Shown one piece after another: positions 7,989-15,009 of a stretch of 17,489 nt of DNA. The notes under the pieces are model-generated. The model was not told the origin of the DNA. It worked only from the letters and a program-made list of their open reading frames with translations, and did no database searches. The translations under genes and the position numbers were made by a program. Location: positions 1-17,489 of the forward strand of contig JBHHYI010000089.1 of NCBI GenBank assembly GCA_046757525.1, given 5' to 3'. Positions within the stretch are counted from its first letter, which is position 1, and the number at the start of each line of letters is the position of its first letter. The stretch is from a bacterium (GTDB lineage: Bacteria; Zhuqueibacterota; Zhuqueibacteria; Oceanimicrobiales; Oceanimicrobiaceae).

Positions 7989-8012
7989 ATGGTATTCTAC
8001 AGCAGAAAGGGG

Positions 8013-8041
8013 TTGCTATTTTACATTTATATGCGTATAAT
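8013..8041 (+). promoter_or_regulatory. Sigma-70-type promoter of the antitoxin/PIN operon
   Basis: TTGCTA-17 nt-TATAAT, 31 nt before ATG 8073. Confidence 0.7.
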
Positions 8042-8072
8042 AAAAAAAAGAATACGTACAAAAAGGAAGAAT

Positions 8073-8297
8073 ATGAAAGCGAAACTAAACTTGACCATTG
8101 AAGAAGAGCTGATTCCTCTTTGCAAAGAGTATGCACGGGCCCAAAATATGTCGGTTTCACAGCTCGTTGAGACATTATTACGGCAGGTGACGGCGAAAGA
8201 AGAAGCAACATTTTCCGAGAAATGGCGCGGGCGCTTTCAGGCTGCCCGAAAGCATGGTGCAAAATATGATAAACTGGCCAAACGTTATTTGTCGTGA
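8073..8297 (+). CDS. Antitoxin, DUF6364-like/ribbon-helix-helix type (74 aa)
   Basis: MKAKLNLTIEEELIPLCKEYARAQNMSVSQLVETLL is an RHH-type pattern; RBS AAGGA; GTGA overlap with the downstream PIN gene. The track's 7920 start is an over-extension. Confidence 0.82.
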   Translation: MKAKLNLTIEEELIPLCKEYARAQNMSVSQLVETLLRQVTAKEEATFSEKWRGRFQAARKHGAKYDKLAKRYLS

Positions 8298-8707
8298 TTG
8301 CCCTGGTTGACACCGACGTCTTAATAGATGTTGCCCTCGATCGAAAACCTTTTTCAGATCATTCTTCCGCACTATTAGACGCTGCTCAACGACGTTCTTT
8401 CCATGCTTTTGTCGCCTGGCATTCCATATCGAATTTCTATTATATTGTTGAGTCGTCGACTGAGACGGCCAATGCGAAAAATTTCATCATAGACTTGTTG
8501 AAGTTCGTCGAAGTGGCTCCTACTGCAACGAAAGACGCCCTTTATGCGGCGCAACTACGTCTAACAGACTTTGAGGATGCTTTACAAGTGGCGGCTGCCA
8601 GGGCATGCAAAGCTGAGTTAATTGTCACCAGGAACGTGAAACATTATAAGGGGAGCCCGACCCCGGCTCACACGCCTGCAGGATTTCTGCGACATTCTCT
8701 GCCGTGA
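8294..8707 (+). CDS. PIN-domain (VapC-like) ribonuclease toxin
   Basis: LVDTDVLID, DFEDALQ, IVTRN motifs; 137 aa; translationally coupled to the upstream antitoxin. Confidence 0.9.
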   Translation: MIALVDTDVLIDVALDRKPFSDHSSALLDAAQRRSFHAFVAWHSISNFYYIVESSTETANAKNFIIDLLKFVEVAPTATKDALYAAQLRLTDFEDALQVAAARACKAELIVTRNVKHYKGSPTPAHTPAGFLRHSLP

Positions 8708-8782
8708 GACTTTGTGCAAGTAGACGATTGGGTTGCAGAGAATGGCCTTGCGACGGTCGATGGAATCATCTGGTGAGTGTCT

Positions 8783-10360
8783 TTAAGCTGGCCTTTGCCT
8801 CAGCTTGTACCGCTGAATCTTTCCGGTGGCCGTCTTGGGCAGCTCGTCGACGTAAGCGATCCAGCGCGGGTATTTGAAGCCGGCAATGCGTGCTTTGACG
8901 AAGGCACTGAGTTCCTGGCTTAAATCCTCGGAAGGCTCGTGGCCCGATTTCAAGACCACAAAGGCTTTGGGTTTTAGCAGGCCAGTCTCATCCGGGGCGC
9001 CGATGACACCGCTCTCGAGCACAGCCGGATGCTCGGCCAGCGTGTTTTCAATTTCGATGGGGGAAACCCACATGCCGCTGACTTTTATCATGTCGTCTGA
9101 TCGACCCTGGTAGTGGAAATAGCCCTCTTCGTCCTTGCAGTATTTGTCGCCGGTGCGAATCCAATGGCCGCTGATGGTCTCCTTGGTTTGCTGGTGCTGG
9201 TTCCAGTAATACGCGCAGATGGAATCGCCCCGAATCCACAGATCACCGACCTCACCTGTGGCCACTTCCTGGCCATTCTCGTCAACGATTTTGGCTTCGT
9301 AACCCGGCACGATTTTTCCCGATGTGCCAGGCTTCACCTGGCCAGGGCGGTTGGAAATAAAAATGTGCAATGCTTCGGTGGAGCCGATGCCGTCGAGAAT
9401 CTCGACGCCGAAGCGCTCGTGCCATTGTTTGTAGAGTGCTGGTGGCAAGGCTTCGCCGGCAGAGACACACAGTCTTAAACTCGAGGTGTCGAACCGCGCC
9501 GCGTCTTTGTAGTTCAATAGGGCTGCGTAAGCCGTCGGGACGCAGTAGAAAATACTGGGCTTGTAACGGTCGATGAGGGCGTAGAAGCTCTCCGGGTCGG
9601 GCTTGCCAGGGTAGAGCACGGTGGAAGCGCCCACGGCAAAGGGAAAGTAAAGCGCGTTGCCCAGACCGTAGGCGAAGAAGAGCTTGGCCACCGAAAACAT
9701 GCGGTCATTTTCCTGGATTTGCAGAACTTGCTTAGCGTAGGTCTCAACGCAGAAGAGCATGTCGTGCTGCAGGTGTACCGTGCCTTTCGGAAAGCCAGTA
9801 GTGCCCGAGCTGTACAGCCAGAAGCAGGCATCGTCTTTGGTCATTGTTTCTGGTGCTAATTTAGCAGAGGCGTGCTCCAGCAGGTCTCGATAATCGTGCA
9901 CCTGGAGTGCGTCGGGAAGTCCCTGGGTCTCGACTTCACCGACCACCATTAGGTGTTCGAGGTAACGCGCGTGTGGCAAAATGGGAACGACTTTCGCCGC
10001 CAAAGGTGCGCTCACCACCAGAACGCGGGCGCGGGTATCGTTCAATAAGTAGACATACTCGTCAGGCTGCAAAAGCGTGTTTGCGGGGACAGGCACGGCC
10101 CCAATTTTGATGCTACCGAAGAAGCTTGCCACGAAAGCGGGAGAGTCCAGGAGGAGCAACAGGACCCGTTCTTCCACACGGGTAGCCAGCGCTTCCCGCA
10201 AGGCGTTGCCAAACCGGTTGACCTGATCGTGAATTTCCTGGTAGGTATACTCGCGGCCGTCGCCGGCATCGATGACGGCGACGTGGTTGCCGCGCCCCTG
10301 CCGGAGGTTGCGATCCACGAAGTAGTCGGCAGCGTTCATTTGGTCAGGGATTTGGAACAT
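8783..10360 (-). CDS. Benzoate-CoA ligase family protein (aryl-CoA ligase, ANL superfamily)
   Basis: WLYSSGTTGFPKG P-loop, AKLFFAYGLGN family signature, DGIGSTE, GRSDDMIKVSGMWVSP, LPKTATGKIQR; RBS AAGGAGG. Confidence 0.93.
   Translation of the reverse strand: MFQIPDQMNAADYFVDRNLRQGRGNHVAVIDAGDGREYTYQEIHDQVNRFGNALREALATRVEERVLLLLLDSPAFVASFFGSIKIGAVPVPANTLLQPDEYVYLLNDTRARVLVVSAPLAAKVVPILPHARYLEHLMVVGEVETQGLPDALQVHDYRDLLEHASAKLAPETMTKDDACFWLYSSGTTGFPKGTVHLQHDMLFCVETYAKQVLQIQENDRMFSVAKLFFAYGLGNALYFPFAVGASTVLYPGKPDPESFYALIDRYKPSIFYCVPTAYAALLNYKDAARFDTSSLRLCVSAGEALPPALYKQWHERFGVEILDGIGSTEALHIFISNRPGQVKPGTSGKIVPGYEAKIVDENGQEVATGEVGDLWIRGDSICAYYWNQHQQTKETISGHWIRTGDKYCKDEEGYFHYQGRSDDMIKVSGMWVSPIEIENTLAEHPAVLESGVIGAPDETGLLKPKAFVVLKSGHEPSEDLSQELSAFVKARIAGFKYPRWIAYVDELPKTATGKIQRYKLRQRPA
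8795..8863 (-). repeat. Direct repeat copy B, inside the 3' end of the ligase gene
   Basis: Matches 7920-7988 at 64/69 nt, offset 875 bp. Confidence 0.92.
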
Positions 10361-10515
10361 GGGGACCCTCCTTGAATAAACGTTGACATTGACAAATAAT
10401 TTGGCTAATTTTTATTTGACATTAATGCCTATTCTTGAGCAACTGGCTTGGAGTTTATTCGCTTAATTCATGATCAGAGTTATGAAATCTGACTCAAAAC
10501 TAAAAGGATGAAACG

Positions 10516-10719
10516 ATGTTGGATATAAAAAAACAGTATATTATTGATGAAAGCAACAAAAAAATTGCAGTTCAGATTGATCTACAAACATTTCAAAAAA
10601 TTGAAGAGATACTTGAAAACTACTCTTTGGTTCACCTTATGAAAGAAAATGAAGGCGAAGACACTTTAGATTTGAATCAAGCCAAAGTATTTTACCAGGC
10701 ATTAGAAAAAGCAGATTGA
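10516..10719 (+). CDS. Small acidic protein, probable antitoxin of the downstream RelE
   Basis: 67 aa, KKQYIIDESNKKIAVQID N-terminus and acidic C-terminus; RBS AAGGA; TTGA overlap with the RelE-like frame. Confidence 0.75.
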   Translation: MLDIKKQYIIDESNKKIAVQIDLQTFQKIEEILENYSLVHLMKENEGEDTLDLNQAKVFYQALEKAD

Positions 10720-10978
10720 AAGTAAAGTACCGCAAGAAGTTTCTCAAAGAACTATCCGCCATACCTTCGAAAACCAGAAGGACGATAGAGAGGTTTGTAT
10801 TTAACGAAGTCCCGCAACTTGCATCAATTCTCGAAACAGGGAAGATAGAGAAGATGAAAGGTTATTCTTCATAAAGGCTCGTTTTGGTGCATACAGGGTC
10901 GGTATCAAAATCGAAAGGGACACAGTGACTTTTGAAAGAGTTCTGCACAGAAGAGATATCTACCGTTTTTTCCCCTAA
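10716..10978 (+). pseudogene. RelE/ParE family toxin, frameshifted
   Basis: From TTG 10716: MKVKYRKKFLKELSAIPSKTRRTIERFVFNEVPQLASILETGKIEKMKGYSS, stop 10872-10874; from 10874 in another frame: KARFGAYRVGIKIERDTVTFERVLHRRDIYRFFP, stop 10976-10978. RFGxYR and HRRDIY are RelE hallmarks. Confidence 0.85.
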
Positions 10979-11008
10979 AATTGCCCAACATCCAATCCAA
11001 ATAATCCC

Positions 11009-13945
11009 TCATCTCACTGCCGTCGCCGGGCACACCTCGGAAAATGCGCAGTATTTGCAATCCAGGAAGCTCGGTTTGGCGGTGTAGTCGCGTGAGCGAA
11101 TACCCTGGGCGGCCTCCTGGATTTTGGCTGTGAACTTCACTACCTGTTTTTCCGTGATTGCGGTTTTGCCCACCAGGCCGGTTTCAATGAAGTGAAGCTC
11201 TAAAGCCTTGGGCATTTGCCCTTCGATTTGGTTGTAGGCAAATGCGTAGATGAACAACTGTAAGCTGTTCTGTGCCCGTCGGTCGGCAGCTTCCTGGGTG
11301 TGCACTTCTGACGACTTGAAGTCAACGATGTAAACCTCGCCGTCGCGAATGTCGACCCGGTCCCAACGACCCACGATGCGGTTGTTCTGCAGCATGAAGC
11401 TGAAATCTTTTTCAATCAGCGTGGGTTCCCAGGGTGAGGCCTCCTGTTCGGCATAAAAGCGTGTTAGCGATTCCCGACCCACCCGCAAGCGCTCTTCCTC
11501 GTGCTCGCGCGTGAGAAAGCCCTCGCTGAGCCAGTTTTTTTCAAACACGCGAATGAGGTCTTCCACGCCCACTTCGCGGCCGCTCATTTTCCTGCGGTGG
11601 TATTCCTTAATGGCTTCGTGAATCGCCCGGCCGTAAATGACCGTGTGGTGTGGCAGAATGGGCACTTTCAGAATGTGAACGTACTTGTATTTCAACGGAC
11701 ACGTCAAGTAGTCGTCGATCTGGTAGTGGCTGAGACTGACGATCTCGTGGTCTGGAATGTGCTCAGGTGCTTTCAGGGAAGCCTTGCTCACCGGGGCAAA
11801 GCGTTCGATGGTTTCCAGGGGCGACGCTTTGGTGTACTGGTCGTCGGCGCGCGGTTGGTCCAGCGCTTCCAGGACGAACTGGCTGACTTTGCGCGTTCTG
11901 ACGCCACCGTAATCGCGGGCGCTGGTTAAATAGAGCTTGTGCTGGGCCCGCGTCATACCCACGTAAAACAGCCGCCTCTCTTCCTGCAAATGAAAGTCGC
12001 CCGCGGGTAGCTGGTCTTTGATCAAAGCATCGGGAAGATCCAGAGGGTCTCTGCGTCTTCTCGTCGGGAACTTCTGGTCGACCAGGCTGACCATGAACAC
12101 CACCGGGAACTGCAGCCCCTTGGCTTTGTGGTAGGTCAGAACGTTGACCACGTCTTCGTCGGTATCCAACTCTGCGGTGGAAGGATCATCTCCGGCATCG
12201 ATTAAAGCGTCCAGGTGCGTGACGAATGCGGCTATGCGGTCCTGGCCAGCGATCTCAGAATAGCGGCGCATGGTGGTAAAGAACTTGGCGATGTTTTGAA
12301 TCTTAAGGTCTGATTCAACCGAATCTACGGAAGTCAATTGTTCCAGATAACCGCTGTCTTTGAGGAAACGGTAGAGCACCACGTAGGTAGGTTCGGTGCG
12401 CGAAAGTTGTAAGTACTTGTCCAGGTCTTGCAAAAGTTTGTCCAAAGTGGCTAAACTTTCCGGACTCAGTTCTTCTAACTCCGGGTAGTTCTCCACGTGC
12501 TTTAGGACATAGTGCAAGGTTCGGTTGGAACGGTAGGCCACGTTCAGACAGAGCGTAATGTCCTGCATCGGAAAGCGATAGACATCCGAAATGGCCAGGT
12601 TGAACAGATTGATCGGATCCTTTAGGTTGCTGATCACGCGCAAAAAGCTCAACAGCAACCGAATTTCTTCTCTTTGGTAGAGGCCGCGATTTCCCGTGAA
12701 TTGAAACGGCAGCCCGTAATAATCCAGGGTTCGCAGGAAGGGCCTGGCATCGTTGTTGGCCCGCACCAATATGGCGAAATCTTTGTAGTGGTGCGGGCCG
12801 GCATCGACCTTTTCCCGGATGAGTTTGACCACGCCGTCAGCTTCGCTGGTCAGGGTGTCGAAGTGCAAATGTTCCACGGCTTGCTCGCCTGGCGTTTGTG
12901 CCTCGAGCTTTTTGTTTATCTGGTTCTTAACTTCCAAACGGTCGGGGTTGTTGTGGCGGATGAGCTTGTACGCAGCGTCTAAGATCACCTGAGTGGAGCG
13001 GTAGTTTTTCGTTAGCACTACCTGCTTGGCCTCCGGGTAGACCTCGGTAAAATTCAAAATGTTGCTGATGGCTGCACCGCGAAATTTGTAGATCGATTGG
13101 TCGTCGTCGGCTACCACGGTAATGTTTCTGTGATTTTGCGCCAACAGGTGCACCAGTTGGAACTGGGCATAATTGGTGTCCTGAAACTCATCGACCAGAA
13201 TGTACTTGAAGCGCTGCTGGATTTCTTTTAAAGCCAACGGGTGCTCGCGAAACAATCTCAGCACCAGACCGATCTGGTCGCCAAAATCCATTTTCCCGTG
13301 GGCGGCAAGCTGTTGCTGGTATTCGAGGTAGGTCTGCGCCAATTCCATCTGTTGGGCGGCCAAGTCCGCCAATTCCTGGTTCTCAGGTTCTGCCTCAGAT
13401 TGAGTCTTGAGTGTCTCAGCATAAGTCAAATATTCTTCCGGAGTCACATCTTCGTCCTTGGCACGGCTGAACAATCCCAGCATGGCCGCGATGAATTTAT
13501 CCGGCACGCCCAACGGCCGATAATACTTCAACGGGAATTCAAACAGCCGTTCTTTGAAAAAGATGACCTGTTCCGGTTGGGAGAGAACCTGAAAGTCCGA
13601 GGTCAGGCCCAGATTGAAAGCATATTCTCGCAGAATGCGGTCCCCAAAGGCGTGGAAAGTCGAAATCCAGAGTGCAGCAAAGCCGTAAGGCAGCAGAATG
13701 TCCACGCGTTCTTCCATCTCAGCGGCGGCCTTGTCGGTAAAGGTCAGGGCCAGAATTTGCTCCGGTTTGGCCTTCTTGGCGGCGATCAAGTGGGCGATTC
13801 GGTAGGTGATGACTTTGGTCTTGCCAGTGCCGGCTCCCGCAACGATGAGCAAGGGGCCTTGATCGTGGCACACGGCTTCCTGCTGTTCAGGGTTGAGTTT
13901 CTCTAACGATTTGATCGGCACCAGATCGATGTCCAATTGTTTCAT
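11009..13945 (-). CDS. UvrD/PcrA-like SF1A helicase fused to C-terminal PD-(D/E)XK nuclease (AdnB/AddA-like)
   Basis: LNPEQ, AGAGTGKT, TFTDKAA, DEFQD, DDDQSIYKFRGA, NYRS, TYHKAKGLQF, EERRLFYVGMTRA; nuclease GRWDRVD, IVDFKS, QLFIY; Cys in TCP and CKYCAFSEVC. ATG 13945 (ORF open to TTG 13960). Confidence 0.93.
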   Translation of the reverse strand: MKQLDIDLVPIKSLEKLNPEQQEAVCHDQGPLLIVAGAGTGKTKVITYRIAHLIAAKKAKPEQILALTFTDKAAAEMEERVDILLPYGFAALWISTFHAFGDRILREYAFNLGLTSDFQVLSQPEQVIFFKERLFEFPLKYYRPLGVPDKFIAAMLGLFSRAKDEDVTPEEYLTYAETLKTQSEAEPENQELADLAAQQMELAQTYLEYQQQLAAHGKMDFGDQIGLVLRLFREHPLALKEIQQRFKYILVDEFQDTNYAQFQLVHLLAQNHRNITVVADDDQSIYKFRGAAISNILNFTEVYPEAKQVVLTKNYRSTQVILDAAYKLIRHNNPDRLEVKNQINKKLEAQTPGEQAVEHLHFDTLTSEADGVVKLIREKVDAGPHHYKDFAILVRANNDARPFLRTLDYYGLPFQFTGNRGLYQREEIRLLLSFLRVISNLKDPINLFNLAISDVYRFPMQDITLCLNVAYRSNRTLHYVLKHVENYPELEELSPESLATLDKLLQDLDKYLQLSRTEPTYVVLYRFLKDSGYLEQLTSVDSVESDLKIQNIAKFFTTMRRYSEIAGQDRIAAFVTHLDALIDAGDDPSTAELDTDEDVVNVLTYHKAKGLQFPVVFMVSLVDQKFPTRRRRDPLDLPDALIKDQLPAGDFHLQEERRLFYVGMTRAQHKLYLTSARDYGGVRTRKVSQFVLEALDQPRADDQYTKASPLETIERFAPVSKASLKAPEHIPDHEIVSLSHYQIDDYLTCPLKYKYVHILKVPILPHHTVIYGRAIHEAIKEYHRRKMSGREVGVEDLIRVFEKNWLSEGFLTREHEEERLRVGRESLTRFYAEQEASPWEPTLIEKDFSFMLQNNRIVGRWDRVDIRDGEVYIVDFKSSEVHTQEAADRRAQNSLQLFIYAFAYNQIEGQMPKALELHFIETGLVGKTAITEKQVVKFTAKIQEAAQGIRSRDYTAKPSFLDCKYCAFSEVCPATAVR

Positions 13946-14047
13946 GTTTGTTTGGTCCAAGGTGTTTGGTACGCATTTTGCTTAACGCTGGGCGTTTAAA
14001 GAATCAGCCTGCTTTGACTCTCACCCGTGAATTTCTTTAATAGTTGG

Positions 14048-14076
14048 AAATTAACGTTTCTCACAACAGAAATCAA
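14048..14076 (-). promoter_or_regulatory. Candidate sigma-70 promoter for the helicase-nuclease gene
   Basis: Minus strand TTGATT-17 nt-TAATTT in the divergent spacer. Confidence 0.35.
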
Positions 14077-14131
14077 TAAATATCTTAAACTAAATCGGAT
14101 TGGTATTTGGCATTAAGCTTCGCAATTTCGG

Positions 14132-14980
14132 ATGAATGTGAAATCGTTTCAGAATAGAAGCGGCCATTTTGTTTGGTTGCTCCTCTATTTAATCGCTTCC
14201 TGTTCAATCGACCATGGGATCGATCCCGTGCTCGAGGTGCCGACCATCAAAGGCAAATTGATCTTTACAGGCGAAAAACCTGCGAACACCGAAGGGATCG
14301 TCGTGGTGGCTTCCAGAACTTTCCCGCCTTCTGATTTGGTGGAATTGACCAGCACCAAGAGCAAAATCCTGGTTCCGCGTTCGGACACGCTCGGTTATGA
14401 AATCGTGCTGCCCAACTTTGGCAGCTTTGCCGCGGTGGGCGCGGTTTGGTTGGGCAAAGACGAACCTTTGACGTTGTCAAATGTGTTGGGCATTTACGGC
14501 GTCTCTTTAGCCAACGGTCTTTCGTTGCCGGATACGGTGACGGTGACGCCCGAGCACCCGGTCGCCGCCGGCGTGGACATCGTCGCCGATTACGGGCGCG
14601 TCACCGGCGATGCCTTTATTTTGGGACGCATTCATTACTCGGGCGATTGGCCCGCCAACACACAAATACTGGCCATCGCTGCCTTTGACAAAAGACCTCT
14701 GAGCCTGCCGGAATTTATTACCAATCTGAGGGCTATCAACACGCCGCTACCCATGAATGTGTCTCAATTCGATTACAAACTGCCTGTTCCCACCGGAACT
14801 TTTGGCTACATCGCTTTGCTCTGGCTGGCTCAAGGGGCTGATTTTGCAGACTTTAAAGAGCTTGGCTTCTACGAGACCACAAGAGGTTCAGGGATTCCGT
14901 CGGCCGTCACCGCGGCCAAAGGCGACACGCTCAGAGGCGTCGATCTGTTCATTGATTTTTCTCAATTGGATTTGGATTAA
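14132..14980 (+). CDS. Hypothetical lipoprotein with two tandem copies of a beta-rich domain
   Basis: Lipobox LIAS-C; repeated motifs G-x5-G-x2-PANT, G(S/T)F..WL, LG(I/F)Y, P-x2-VT, GVD-x3-D(Y/F). Confidence 0.8.
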   Translation: MNVKSFQNRSGHFVWLLLYLIASCSIDHGIDPVLEVPTIKGKLIFTGEKPANTEGIVVVASRTFPPSDLVELTSTKSKILVPRSDTLGYEIVLPNFGSFAAVGAVWLGKDEPLTLSNVLGIYGVSLANGLSLPDTVTVTPEHPVAAGVDIVADYGRVTGDAFILGRIHYSGDWPANTQILAIAAFDKRPLSLPEFITNLRAINTPLPMNVSQFDYKLPVPTGTFGYIALLWLAQGADFADFKELGFYETTRGSGIPSAVTAAKGDTLRGVDLFIDFSQLDLD

Positions 14981-15009
14981 TGAGGATTATCCAGGGAGGT
15001 GTTAAATCT

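Noticed and set aside
7858..8372. Minus-strand ORFs 7858..8313 and 8178..8372, and the 7920 start of the antitoxin ORF
   Set aside because: The minus ORFs are antisense to a well-supported TA operon with no motifs; the 7920-8072 extension runs through the repeat and promoter.
8706..8718. 13-mer GAGACTTTGTGCA matching the reverse complement of 1574-1586
   Set aside because: A few 13-nt matches are expected by chance in 17.5 kb and the match does not extend.
10361..11008. Flanking duplication around the second TA pair, analogous to the first
   Set aside because: No copy of the helicase 3' end or other direct repeat was found on the two sides.
11009..11740. Cas4 / CRISPR association of the nuclease domain
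   Set aside because: It is fused to a UvrD helicase; no cas genes or repeat-spacer array are visible in the window.
13241..13906. 221-aa + strand ORF and other track ORFs nested in long genes
   Set aside because: Antisense or alternate-frame shadows of well-supported genes, with no recognisable motifs.
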